Source: Barthelona sp. PCE (lineage: Eukaryota). From it: a DNA stretch of 64,000 nucleotides. The stretch spans positions 558,001 through 622,000 of the forward strand of contig JAUFOR010000006.1 of assembly GCA_040285745.1 (NCBI GenBank), in the 5' to 3' direction. Below are positions 30,425-40,830 of the stretch, piece after piece. The notes beneath the pieces were generated by a model. It was not told the DNA's origin, did no database searches, and saw nothing but the letters and a program-made list of their open reading frames with translations. Every line of letters starts with the position of its first letter. Position 1 is the stretch's first letter. Made by a program: the position numbers and the translations under genes.

Positions 30425-31549
30425 ATGAGCTCAGCTATCGATCCCTACATTCATAGGAAATATGAGCTTCTGTGTAAGATTGGACAGGGTGCCTACGGAT
30501 ATGTGTACAAATGTATCTCACACAAGAACAGAAAAGTCGTTGCTCTTAAGAAGATTTTTGATGCTTTCCAGAATGCTACAGACTCTCAAAGAACCTTCCG
30601 TGAGATATGTTTTCTTCAAGAACTCGAGCATGAGAACATCATTCGCCTTCTAAATGTTCTTAAAGCTGATAATGATCGTGATATTTATTTGGTTTTTGAA
30701 TTTATGGAGACAGATCTTCATGCCGTAATCAGAGGTAATCTTCTGGAGCCCATCCACATCCAGTACATCATCTATCAGATCCTCAAGGCCCTCAAGTACA
30801 TGCACAGTGGTGACCTGATCCACAGAGACATGAAGCCCAGTAATGTACTGCTCAACAGTGAATGTCATGTTAAACTTGCTGATTTCGGCCTTGCCAGATC
30901 CCTCCGTGCCACCAGTAACTCTGGTCCTGTCATGACTGATTATGTTGCGACGAGATGGTATAGATCTCCAGAGATCTTGGTTGGATCACAGCATTATACA
31001 GGTGCTGTTGATTTATGGGCCGTTGGATGTATTCTCGGCGAGGCATTAGGCGGCCGCCCCATGTTCCCTGGTCGTTCAACTATGAACCAGCTTGCAAGAT
31101 TGATTGAGGTTACAGGAATGCCAATTGAGAAAGATGTTGCTGCTTTACGTTCTCAGTTTGCTGAAACTATGCTTGGTAATCTCCCCCCGATCAAGAAGAG
31201 ATCTCTTGAAGAAATTTATCCTCATGCTACACCTGATGCCCTAGATTTACTAAAAAAATTGTTATGCTTCAACCCAGACGAACGTATTACTGCTGAAGAA
31301 GCATTGGAACACCCATACGTTGCCCCCTTCCATAACCCAGCCAACGAACCACGTTGTACGAAAGTTATCAGAATCCCCATTGATGACAACATTAAGTATT
31401 CAGTAGATGATTACAGAACTCGTATTTATCAAGCTGTTATTCGTCGTAAGAAGGAAATGAAGAAGAGACAGAGAGCTGTTCGTGCTACAAGGTCAAGGTC
31501 AAGAAAAAGTACTGGTGCTGCTAATTCTTCTAATTATAAGAGAAAGTAA
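30425..31549 (+). CDS. MAPK15: MAP kinase ERK7/MAPK15
   Basis: ALKKIFDAFQNATDSQRTFREI, KADNDRDIYLVFEFMETDL and activation loop TDYVATRWYR. Confidence 0.93.
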   Translation: MSSAIDPYIHRKYELLCKIGQGAYGYVYKCISHKNRKVVALKKIFDAFQNATDSQRTFREICFLQELEHENIIRLLNVLKADNDRDIYLVFEFMETDLHAVIRGNLLEPIHIQYIIYQILKALKYMHSGDLIHRDMKPSNVLLNSECHVKLADFGLARSLRATSNSGPVMTDYVATRWYRSPEILVGSQHYTGAVDLWAVGCILGEALGGRPMFPGRSTMNQLARLIEVTGMPIEKDVAALRSQFAETMLGNLPPIKKRSLEEIYPHATPDALDLLKKLLCFNPDERITAEEALEHPYVAPFHNPANEPRCTKVIRIPIDDNIKYSVDDYRTRIYQAVIRRKKEMKKRQRAVRATRSRSRKSTGAANSSNYKRK

Positions 31550-31566
31550 ATGATGTACATTTATTG

Positions 31567-31842
31567 TTAGTCTGTTGTATTAAGGAATTCTTGGTTCTGT
31601 GTGCGAACATCTAAAGCCAATGCAGGATTCTTGTTCTCAAAAATTTGCATAGATTGTGATAGTTTAATACCCTGTGCGAATTCTTCCTTCTTTTCTGTAA
31701 GAAAAGCAGTAAAGTATTCATCGTTTACCCGTTCTAGTCCGGAAATTATGTCTTCATCGTATTTTTTTTCTTCAAATCGCCAAGAACTACCCTGTAGAGG
31801 TTTGTATGTTGTGAAAACCATCTCTTCTGTGACTTCCTGCAT
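31567..31842 (-). CDS. Hypothetical 91-aa protein
   Basis: ATG-initiated ORF filling the gap between genes, with protein-like composition; no confident family. Confidence 0.5.
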   Translation of the reverse strand: MQEVTEEMVFTTYKPLQGSSWRFEEKKYDEDIISGLERVNDEYFTAFLTEKKEEFAQGIKLSQSMQIFENKNPALALDVRTQNQEFLNTTD

Positions 31843-32033
31843 AAATAACTGCTAACTCTCCCACAAAATCCCGATAATGGTAAGATACATGAAAGCATAA
31901 AAGACAAATGCTTTGAACTCTATCTACTTGTATCTACGGTCTGAAAATCAAAATTTAACCCGGTCTTGACCAAACAAACATAAAACAATACCATGTAAAA
32001 TGTTACTTTATATATACCCCTTCTTTAATATCC

Positions 32034-32819
32034 ATGAGCTTAAAAAGCAGGAAAGTATCTGCAGCTAACACAAGGCGTGCATCATCCACACTTGAAAATG
32101 ATAAATTTAGAATTTTCAATGAAATGGTCGAGCAATACAACGAAGATTCACTAAAAGTCCGTGGTGTTATTGGTAAGTGGGCAGAACTTGATCCTTTGTT
32201 TGTCGTGGACCCACAAACACAAATATACCTCGACATCTATACCAATACCTTTAGTTTTTGCATAGAAAATTCGTTTCCTATTGATATTGTTGCAATAATC
32301 CTCCCACAAACAAAGGAATTCCTCTCAAAATTGTCCAGAGGAGAGATAGAAAAAGCAAATCTTCGAAATACAATCATTAGTTTAATGGCAAGCATTGTTA
32401 ATGAAGATGCCCTTCAAAAGATTGTCGAATACCTTTATGATTACTTCTATCCAACATGGTCTTTATACACCAAGGTATTAGAAGTTGACACAGAAACAGG
32501 TTCTCATGTATTTAATCCCCAACAACCTAAAGAGAAAGAGACTGTATATTATACAACATTAAAAGAAGATTATTTGAATCGTAAATTAAGCACAGCTAAC
32601 ATGCATCCTATTCCATATTCTAAAGAAGAGTTAAAGAACCCTGAAGTAATTGATTTATTGTTAAAAGCAAAAGAATCTATCATTGAATCAATAGAAACTG
32701 CTTATATTCAGCATTGGCAAGAAAGAGAAGAAGATTTTGATGAATATGTTGAACATACTAGAAATGTTCTTAATGGTGATGGTAATACAGCTAGAAAAAA
32801 GAAAAAACCCAAGCGTTAA
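32034..32819 (+). CDS. Flagellar C1a complex C1a-32/CLAMP (CFAP119/CABCOCO1-like) domain protein
   Basis: IYLDIY..TFSFC....F....VAII and LQKIVEYLYDYFY..WSLY..VL patterns. Confidence 0.6.
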   Translation: MSLKSRKVSAANTRRASSTLENDKFRIFNEMVEQYNEDSLKVRGVIGKWAELDPLFVVDPQTQIYLDIYTNTFSFCIENSFPIDIVAIILPQTKEFLSKLSRGEIEKANLRNTIISLMASIVNEDALQKIVEYLYDYFYPTWSLYTKVLEVDTETGSHVFNPQQPKEKETVYYTTLKEDYLNRKLSTANMHPIPYSKEELKNPEVIDLLLKAKESIIESIETAYIQHWQEREEDFDEYVEHTRNVLNGDGNTARKKKKPKR

Positions 32820-32823
32820 TTAG

Positions 32824-34626
32824 TTATGAATCAATAAACTTAATGGGAATCTTTATCAGATGTTCAAGACTTCTAGTAAACTTTTCCAATAATTCTACAT
32901 CATTTGTAGCTAAATCTAAAATTTTATGAGCTGAAGTAATAGAAAATTTAAATTCATCTGTGAGCTTACGAACATCGCTAAAATTCCATATACCAACATT
33001 AATCTCGGATATATCTGACAAAATTATGCTTTTCATCTTCTTTCCAGAATACCAAATCAGCTCTTCCATACTGTTTGATAATCTAAAATGACGAACATGG
33101 GGTCTACCCGATGTAACTCCTTTTGTAAAACTTGATCCTTCAAGTAAGAACGCCTTGGAGCGCTCATCTTTCATCATTCTTATCTTGTTTTGGGTGTCAA
33201 TTCTTAAGAAAACAGAAGAAAATATTGAATCAAATAAATTAATGCAATCGTTCTCTAAAGTCTCCCGATATTCACGGCGTACCTCTTGCCTGATCCTGTT
33301 GATCTCATCAAGATCCTCTTCCATACTATAGATGTTAACAATGCATTTTGCATCCATCAACTTCTTCTCGACAGGAGACATTGTAGGGGCAACTGGTGAC
33401 GGATCCCTACTCTCAATTATGTGTTGCGAGATGGAATCAAATATTAAAGGATCTGGTGTATCTGGAATGGAAAAATCCAAAGTTTTAACCTTCTTTGGTG
33501 TTTTTTCCACAGTATCTTTTGTAGTTCCTTTCCTCCGCACCGACTTAAGCTTCTTTTTCCTCGATGTACGTTTAACTGGAGGTAATACTCTTGAAAATAA
33601 ATCCTCTTCCTTTCTTTTTTCCTCTTTCGCTCTCTTCAGTTCCTGAGCACGTTTCATCCTCTCAATGTGCTTCGAGGATGCGCTGGATTTCCTCGCATAT
33701 GCTCTCTTTACCGTGGATTTCTTAGGGGAAACAGATAATAAACTGGTTAAATACCTGCTGCCAACATGTGCATATTTCTTACGAGATCTAGCACTGGTGA
33801 CCTTTTTCTTGTTCGACAACGCCTTTCTACGTAATATTTCACCCCTTGTTAACTTCACAACAGGTTTTTTAGTTTCAGGTGTATCTAATGAGAGTGTAAT
33901 CATTGGTTTCTCATCGATTGGAACAGCACGGGGACGTACATCCGTGATAACGGGTTTGATTGTCCTTGGTTCCTCTTCATCTAGATTTAAATTAAAATGC
34001 ACTGCCAATGGTGTACCTGGTTCAATACTTATGTCTTCTTCTGATTCGTCTTCTTCTTCTTCGATGGGGGACGATGCCAGAGGGGGGGTGTTCGAGCCGG
34101 AGCTTACCTCCTTGACTTCAATATCCTCCTCTGTATGGGTTTGATGATACATCAACATTGCTGAAATTATATCTCCTGGATCTGCTTGCTCAATGATCTG
34201 TGGGGAGAAGTGTGGGGATGCGCGGTCGATGTGCATGTACTCTTCATCACTCTTTAATTCAACTGGTTCGTATTTCTTCTCAGGTATAATTGCAAATGCA
34301 TCTTTGGTGTGTTCTGGCGAATTTGGCGATGAAACCACAGCTGTTGCTGTCATTGCGGGTACTGCCATGCTGAACTCATCCTCTAAACTAATATTCTCAC
34401 TTTGCGCAGTCAAATCTATGTCCACAAATTGCTTTTCATCAAGAACAAAGGCGTCTTTTGAATAAACTTCGATGTAGTGGCCCTGAGTAGTTATGTAAGG
34501 ATCTGAATCCAACTCTAAGAAGCTGTAAAACACTTTGCTACTGTCGTAAGCATTTCTAAAGCAAAAATCAGGGAAGATTTCCTTTGGAGGCACCCTGCCT
34601 TGTTGCAGGTAATCAATTTCTGACAT
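32824..34626 (-). CDS. Low-complexity protein with C-terminal PLC-type PH domain
   Basis: LLEGSSFTK....RPHVRHFRLS....ELIW......I.LSDISEINVG...FSI......LDLAT.......F..SL. Confidence 0.75.
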   Translation of the reverse strand: MSEIDYLQQGRVPPKEIFPDFCFRNAYDSSKVFYSFLELDSDPYITTQGHYIEVYSKDAFVLDEKQFVDIDLTAQSENISLEDEFSMAVPAMTATAVVSSPNSPEHTKDAFAIIPEKKYEPVELKSDEEYMHIDRASPHFSPQIIEQADPGDIISAMLMYHQTHTEEDIEVKEVSSGSNTPPLASSPIEEEEDESEEDISIEPGTPLAVHFNLNLDEEEPRTIKPVITDVRPRAVPIDEKPMITLSLDTPETKKPVVKLTRGEILRRKALSNKKKVTSARSRKKYAHVGSRYLTSLLSVSPKKSTVKRAYARKSSASSKHIERMKRAQELKRAKEEKRKEEDLFSRVLPPVKRTSRKKKLKSVRRKGTTKDTVEKTPKKVKTLDFSIPDTPDPLIFDSISQHIIESRDPSPVAPTMSPVEKKLMDAKCIVNIYSMEEDLDEINRIRQEVRREYRETLENDCINLFDSIFSSVFLRIDTQNKIRMMKDERSKAFLLEGSSFTKGVTSGRPHVRHFRLSNSMEELIWYSGKKMKSIILSDISEINVGIWNFSDVRKLTDEFKFSITSAHKILDLATNDVELLEKFTRSLEHLIKIPIKFIDS

Positions 34627-34911
34627 TCCCCGTTGAATAAGAGATTAAAAAAAGTTTAACAAATCTTTTTGTCTGTCAACGAATTTTTTCTGTCCAAATC
34701 ATGGGCATAATACATTATTGCTTCATACAAAGAAATAGAAACATGCATACATTTCTTTGTCTATAATGTTGCAACACCGGTTTCATTTTGTATCTCTATT
34801 TGTGGTTTACATTGCTAGTAACATCTACAATAACCATTTTTAATGCTAAAAACTACATTTCGACAATATTTGTGAAGTGTTAAAGGTTTTTCCCCCTATC
34901 ACAACCCTGCA

Positions 34912-35625
34912 ATGAAGGAATGGAATAACTCGACAAAGGTTGAATACAAAGCGGGTAATAGAGCACACGCAACACGTTGCTGTACACTTTCAGAGGGCAA
35001 GAACAAAGTACCTCAAGCAGAAATGCTTAGGGATTTTAATTTCCGGGCTGAGCAGCTTCCTGACGTCCACAGACCAGATGATGAGCTCATGCTGACGCTT
35101 CAAAAGAGTGGATTCAAAACGCTGCCAAACAACCCAAAACTAGCTGATAAAGAAGAGTTTAACCTCCATACAGCAACGATTGACCGCAAAGGGCTGGAGC
35201 AACGGACGTTAGAGATGACTAAGGAGTCAAAAAAGAAAAATAAGCCATATAATAATAGTGTTCGACGAACAAGTTTAATGAACAGAGAGAAACAATTTGA
35301 GAGCACATTGAGGGAGTGCAGGTTGCTCGACAAGCAGATGGTATCAATTAATGATATGAAATTGGCAGAATTAGAAGCTCAAGTAGATATGGATTTAAAA
35401 ACGATGCGATTAGAATTACGTCAACAACTATCACGTACCAAAGGTAAACCCAATGTCACATATGAACACTATCACACAGGTGTATTTGAACAGACCCCTT
35501 TTGAGGATGAACCAACTTGGTCTTGTTGTATGAAATTCGGTGAAGATGCTAAAGGTTGTCAACGCAAGAAATTAAATAGGGACCGTTGGTCACTAACCAG
35601 CTGTGTTCCTTCTCTCAGTAGTTAA
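34912..35625 (+). CDS. Hypothetical coiled-coil protein with C-terminal Btk-like Zn-binding motif
   Basis: YHTGVF........WSCC......KGC near the C-terminus. Confidence 0.6.
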   Translation: MKEWNNSTKVEYKAGNRAHATRCCTLSEGKNKVPQAEMLRDFNFRAEQLPDVHRPDDELMLTLQKSGFKTLPNNPKLADKEEFNLHTATIDRKGLEQRTLEMTKESKKKNKPYNNSVRRTSLMNREKQFESTLRECRLLDKQMVSINDMKLAELEAQVDMDLKTMRLELRQQLSRTKGKPNVTYEHYHTGVFEQTPFEDEPTWSCCMKFGEDAKGCQRKKLNRDRWSLTSCVPSLSS

Positions 35626-35944
35626 GAGATTGTAAACTTCTTTTGTACATATGCGATTTTTTCACACAATAATTGTTTTTTCTTTTTGTGAGTGAGCTGT
35701 ATTTCTGTTCAGAACACCGTGCTATACACACTCTCCATGCGCGTACTGAAGCACAAATGAACAGGTTAAGAAAAAAATGAAGTATATTTCCAAAATGTTC
35801 TCGAATTATTCTGCTGTGAAATAATCAATGATATGCAGTTCAACAATTTCTTGTATCTAAGGGATCCAACGCTTGTAAGTATGATAAAACCTGTAAACTG
35901 CAAGCTATCCTTTTTCGCTTTATCCATTGTTTTGATATTGTCAG

Positions 35945-36679
35945 ATGCATTCCTCCAGTTCCCCCTTGGACACCAACTGTTGCGTTTTTGAGTCGTCAGC
36001 CCATTTTGACGACACTATGGTAACAGAAATAACCAACGCATTATGTGTTTTTAATGCTGTTAAACCTCCCAGTCCTACGGATTACCCTTCCCCAGATAAA
36101 CGGGATAGAAGCGTCCGTACGAAGAAAAGAGAAGGTTTGCTTGGTGGTGATGGAGAAGATGTTAATGGCTCTTTTAGTGTTGATGTTGGCTCTTTGAATG
36201 TTGAAGATTTTTGTGAGCGTATTTTGCATGATTTCCCCAAGTTTTTAACTACCAAGAAACTTGCAACGTTCTACAATATGAAGGAGAGTCAATTGAACAA
36301 GTTCATCAATAACAACTTTGGTGATAAAGACCAACGCCTTTTGCGTTATGGTATTACTGCGGAAAATCTCGTTTCACGTTTGAACGAGAATGAAAGCTTC
36401 AGTAGCTTAGCATCATCTATTTGTGGAGGATCTGTTCAGAAATTAAAGGAACTCATTCACGAAACTCTGAATGATTGTGAGATCAATGATCTATGTGAGG
36501 TAAATGATGATATTTTCAAAATGAAGGGTCACAGACTGCAGAAAATGCAGCAGAACGTTGCTGGTTTTCCAACTATTACAACTGAGGAATACAATGACAT
36601 AAGAGCTAAGATTGGACAAATCAAGCAGAATCCCCAACTTAATGGGATTCGATCAAATATAAGTGCATTCAGCAAATAA
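35945..36679 (+). CDS. Hypothetical protein, possibly with tandem HTH motifs
   Basis: 244-aa ATG ORF; no recognised family. Confidence 0.6.
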   Translation: MHSSSSPLDTNCCVFESSAHFDDTMVTEITNALCVFNAVKPPSPTDYPSPDKRDRSVRTKKREGLLGGDGEDVNGSFSVDVGSLNVEDFCERILHDFPKFLTTKKLATFYNMKESQLNKFINNNFGDKDQRLLRYGITAENLVSRLNENESFSSLASSICGGSVQKLKELIHETLNDCEINDLCEVNDDIFKMKGHRLQKMQQNVAGFPTITTEEYNDIRAKIGQIKQNPQLNGIRSNISAFSK

Positions 36680-36762
36680 TAAATATTGTTTTTATTTTTT
36701 TTTTGGATGAAAAAATATTTTCTTCCTTTTCCTTCAAAAGAAATCTCTAATTCTATGAAGAG

Positions 36763-39159
36763 ATGAAGCCAGTACCAACATCTGACATTTTTTGCAAAGG
36801 ATGGATCAATTCCATTGCTTTTCAACTGACAGATCGTCAGAAAAACGACGATGCTTACACTGGGGCATTAAAACTGGGTATATTCGCTGATCCAACCTTC
36901 AGATTTGTTGCAGCACTCTACTTATCATTGAGTTTGGGCTTTTTATTCACTACTATAAGTTCAACGTTTGTCCTTTTCTATTATGTTATAGTACCTGTTA
37001 TTCTCACACTTATTCAATTCAAATTTGCACTCAGAACAGTCTTAATTCCAGCTTTAGGAGAATTTTTTTTCCGTTTTCTTCTGGTAAGTTCTACACCCTT
37101 TCTGTTCGCTAGTTTCCTACGCCTCACGGTGTTTGGCAGCCTGTTACCCTTCTGCTACCATTCCTTATGTTCATTTAGCATGGTCATGACGCTCTATCTT
37201 GTCAACCATCACATTATATGGATAACTACATCTTTAACAGTTATATTTGCATCATTTCTCTTATACTTCGAAGCGTTTGCAAGACCTAATATATTCCTAG
37301 TTTCAATTTCTTTGTTATTTATATGTATTTTTGGTTATCAGAATGTTAAAAGTATGCAAAATATTATTAATTATATGGTTAACACCAGACAATATATCAA
37401 GGGTTTGAAGATTATTAACAAAATCAATGCTCGTTTTGTAACTGAAGAGTTTAAGAAACAAAAAGTTATAGGATGTGGTTTTCCTTTACAAACAATGAAT
37501 ACAATCTACCCTTTTATTCATGGAAGCGCGAATTTAGTTGCTCTAAGGTATCATTCAGGCTACATCATGCTGTTTTTTAGTTCATTGAAACCCGTTGTAG
37601 ACTTAGTTAGTATAGTACAAAAATCACCTACTTTACATGCTGTATACGGTGTAATCCCGCTCTCTGAGGGGGTGATCGAATTCTCACACAATAGTAGGAT
37701 TGTTTTTGGAGAGCCTGTACAGGAAATGATGAGTGTTATAGACGAGTATATAGAAACACCCATTACTACACGAGTAGTCAAAAAATGTGCTTCTTATTCA
37801 AGACCTATCCCTACGCCTCAGATTGTGAAGTTTCCACAGACAATTGAGGAAGGGGATATTACAAATTCTTTACAACAACAATTGTTTTCTCAGAAAAGAC
37901 GTGTGGTGATGAAAAGTACTACGCAGATGCTCACAGTGAGCGCTTGCCTATGCTTGTTCGCGGCTATTTCCATTCTGGTGTCATTTAATCCTTATTCGAG
38001 ATCAAACATCGAAGTTTTTGTTACTTTTGTTATATTATTGTGTTTATTCGCCCTCACAGTTCTGTTTGCACTCAGCATCAAGTTGAACAATCTTGGTAAA
38101 GCCATCACTGTAATCACAACCATTGGGTTGCTGGTTGTTGTATTCTTAAGCGTGACACCACCAGAAGTTATCGTTGTTTGTCTTAGTTTACTTCTTTTCT
38201 TGGCTATATATAACGACTTCTATCCTATATTTTGTCTTGGCTTCTCTGTAGCTGTATCAATTTTGACAACCAGGTTCGATATTCTTCAGTTAAACAATAG
38301 CATCGCTTCTGTCATCCTTGGAGCCATTGTGGGCATCACATTCTTCTATATCATCTATCGCAAACGGGTATTAGCAGCTGCGTTCATCAATTCAACAGAT
38401 GATAAAGAACTCAGTCTATCAAATCTATTGCAATCAAGAAAGAGACTATTTCAGGTTATCAAGGAGACTCCTCTTCGCCCCATCCTTTACTTTGGCCAAA
38501 ATGGAATCCCCAACCCAACTAATTGTCCAGAATGGAGATGTCTATCAATGGATGTTACTGTTTTTGGTGTCAGCGTTGACGAATTAGATTTAGATCATTA
38601 CAGACGAATGTTGAATAATAACTTCTCACAAGATATCTCACATGAAGCGTTTTTTGTTGAAATTGATCAAGAGAGGTCTTTTCTGTGGTTTATATTTTCA
38701 AACAATAGGAACGCTGCAGCAGCGCCACTCATCAATCTTGACTTCGATAGCAACGATGAGGGGTCTGACCTTGAGATGCTGTTGAGTAGTATTGCTTCAA
38801 ACAGTATTACTAACCGACAGAACAGTGATTCAATACTGCTTCAATTCATTGATCGACTATTCACAAGTGATAACACCCTTGAAGGGCACCCCATCAGCGT
38901 TGTGTGCGCTACAGGCAATGTGTTGTTGAATATCTTGCACCTCAACGAACGTATTCCAGTGTCGTTTTTTTTGAGTGGTGAATTATATACTTCACTAAAA
39001 GAATTATTAGTGAGACACGACCAGACCATATGGCTGAGTGATGAGTTTTGGGAAGCAGCATTGGTAACTATGCATTCTGAATGGGAACCTATGCAATTAG
39101 TGGAACAGTTAGCACATACTGACTCAGAGATGGTTGCCTTTAAACGATTAAACACATAA
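36763..39159 (+). CDS. Polytopic membrane protein with two TM bundles, each followed by a soluble domain (degenerate cyclase-like)
   Basis: Two hydrophobic clusters (about aa 45-195 and 390-530), each followed by a soluble region; see finding. Confidence 0.65.
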   Translation: MKPVPTSDIFCKGWINSIAFQLTDRQKNDDAYTGALKLGIFADPTFRFVAALYLSLSLGFLFTTISSTFVLFYYVIVPVILTLIQFKFALRTVLIPALGEFFFRFLLVSSTPFLFASFLRLTVFGSLLPFCYHSLCSFSMVMTLYLVNHHIIWITTSLTVIFASFLLYFEAFARPNIFLVSISLLFICIFGYQNVKSMQNIINYMVNTRQYIKGLKIINKINARFVTEEFKKQKVIGCGFPLQTMNTIYPFIHGSANLVALRYHSGYIMLFFSSLKPVVDLVSIVQKSPTLHAVYGVIPLSEGVIEFSHNSRIVFGEPVQEMMSVIDEYIETPITTRVVKKCASYSRPIPTPQIVKFPQTIEEGDITNSLQQQLFSQKRRVVMKSTTQMLTVSACLCLFAAISILVSFNPYSRSNIEVFVTFVILLCLFALTVLFALSIKLNNLGKAITVITTIGLLVVVFLSVTPPEVIVVCLSLLLFLAIYNDFYPIFCLGFSVAVSILTTRFDILQLNNSIASVILGAIVGITFFYIIYRKRVLAAAFINSTDDKELSLSNLLQSRKRLFQVIKETPLRPILYFGQNGIPNPTNCPEWRCLSMDVTVFGVSVDELDLDHYRRMLNNNFSQDISHEAFFVEIDQERSFLWFIFSNNRNAAAAPLINLDFDSNDEGSDLEMLLSSIASNSITNRQNSDSILLQFIDRLFTSDNTLEGHPISVVCATGNVLLNILHLNERIPVSFFLSGELYTSLKELLVRHDQTIWLSDEFWEAALVTMHSEWEPMQLVEQLAHTDSEMVAFKRLNT

Positions 39160-39999
39160 TATCTCATCAACAACGTTGTCTTCCTTGAATTCATTGCCGA
39201 TTGCCAGCCAACCTGATCGTCGATTGTGTGGTCTAGCGAATATTTCTAAGCGACGATTGCCAACAATGAAGGACTCCAATAGACCGTATATTTCATGTGG
39301 TTTCTTAGAGGAGGATCGCAGGGGTGCACATATAACATCAAAAATTGTATTTCTGTTGAGAGTAGGTGATCCCTTCACCCCTAATAAACATAATTCCTTT
39401 GAATGATTCATCCAATGACCTGTTATACCACTCTCTTGTATCGCATACAGTTGGTTTGTCTTGCACCATACAACATTTCCAATTTCAGTGAATCCCCACT
39501 GTTGAAGACAGTACTGTCCCAAACGAAAAGTGCGTCCAGTAACCCATAACGCACAGACACCTGAATGAATGAGAGAGCCGATTGGGAGCTGGGCCATCGT
39601 TTGATCACTGAGTGTGGGATATGGTAGTTCCATAGCAATTCTCCATGGAGGATCCAACATTATTACGTCAAAGAACCCTAATTTAGAAAAATCAAAGTCT
39701 AAAACGTTCACATTGAGGTACTGTGCTGCGCTTTTTGATGCTGGTTCTGTTAGAATCACAGGGCATATCTCTGGTTTTTTAACATGCATATACTCACATT
39801 TCTCACTTGTGCAATGTTCCAAAAATGAACAAAAGCCCTTTTCACGACTTAGTTGGTCCTCTACAAGTTCAAAATGCAACAAAACACAGTTTTCATCATT
39901 ACATCGTGATCGGGAAATAAACGGGCATACCGTCATCCTGTCTTGTTGATTTGCCCTCCGCTCTATCTCATCCAAAACAAGGTCACTGTAGGAAAGCAT
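39148..39999 (-). CDS. METTL3: mRNA m6A methyltransferase catalytic subunit, MT-A70 family (METTL3/Ime4-like)
   Basis: Two CCCH-type Zn fingers; FDVIMLDPPW.I.MELPY.TLSD, LWVTGR, TGHWMNHSKE.CL.GVKG, SKKP.EIY and LEIFARPHN motifs. Confidence 0.92.
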   Translation of the reverse strand: MLSYSDLVLDEIERRANQQDRMTVCPFISRSRCNDENCVLLHFELVEDQLSREKGFCSFLEHCTSEKCEYMHVKKPEICPVILTEPASKSAAQYLNVNVLDFDFSKLGFFDVIMLDPPWRIAMELPYPTLSDQTMAQLPIGSLIHSGVCALWVTGRTFRLGQYCLQQWGFTEIGNVVWCKTNQLYAIQESGITGHWMNHSKELCLLGVKGSPTLNRNTIFDVICAPLRSSSKKPHEIYGLLESFIVGNRRLEIFARPHNRRSGWLAIGNEFKEDNVVDEILCV

Positions 40000-40208
40000 G
40001 AAAAGAGTGAAAATTTGATAAACAGGCTACTTAATATGCAATAAAATAATGCTTTCAAACATCAAGACTCATTTATTTGTCGTATAGATCTGGTATACGA
40101 TGAAGAAAACTGAAAGAAAAAAAAGAAAATTTGTAAAAAGATGAATGCCTTGAGAACAAATGATTAATACAATAAAACATGACCAAGGAGTGGTTGATAG
40201 TATCAAAA

Positions 40209-40760
40209 TCAATCATCCTCAATCTCAATACCAGTATCCAACTGTACTTCATTGCCAAACTGATCAAATATCCTCTTCTTATTAATTTCTGTCTTCAGCT
40301 GTGCCTCTAGCTGCTCTCTCTTCTCACCTTGTATAAGGTTCGAGCTCAGCTCTGCCACAATATCATGCTGATCATCTATAACCTTAGTGTGTGTTTTACC
40401 TGCTTCTTGATATCCTAATAAACGTTCAGTAAATGACATAGCAGCTTCTTTCCCACTGGTTTCACTCTGTGTTTCTCCCTTGGATTGGAATTCAAGCTTT
40501 AATGATTTGCCACAAAAAAGACAAGGTCCATAACCTTCTCTTTCACAATGAATACGTCCACAAAATAAACAATTACAAAGAAAAGGGTGCTTCCTGGCCT
40601 GACAAGGACATGGTTTCCTTTCTACTTCAGACAAATCTTCATCACGAACGACTGAGGTCGCCATCTCGGCTCTTCTTGCATCTCGAAGTGAATTGTATGA
40701 TTTCTTAACCCTTTTCCCGCTCTTGCTTACTGTTTCAACCGTTATCTCACCCCCAAACAT
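40209..40760 (-). CDS. TRIP4: ASC-1/TRIP4 (Rqt4-like) C2HC5 zinc-finger protein without ASCH domain
   Basis: CPCQARKH....NCLFCGRIHCEREG.GPCLFCG and RLL.Y......TKVIDDQ motifs. Confidence 0.85.
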   Translation of the reverse strand: MFGGEITVETVSKSGKRVKKSYNSLRDARRAEMATSVVRDEDLSEVERKPCPCQARKHPFLCNCLFCGRIHCEREGYGPCLFCGKSLKLEFQSKGETQSETSGKEAAMSFTERLLGYQEAGKTHTKVIDDQHDIVAELSSNLIQGEKREQLEAQLKTEINKKRIFDQFGNEVQLDTGIEIEDD

Positions 40761-40830
40761 AAAAAAATTTTTAGAAGTAAGTTGAATATAAAATTACATC
40801 CCGCTTACAATTGCTTAGGGCTTACTTTGC

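Noticed and set aside
31567-31842. Cwf18/CCDC12 identity for the small ORF
   Set aside because: Only faint FxxYxP and RTQ resemblance; the conserved WDLKRD motif is absent.
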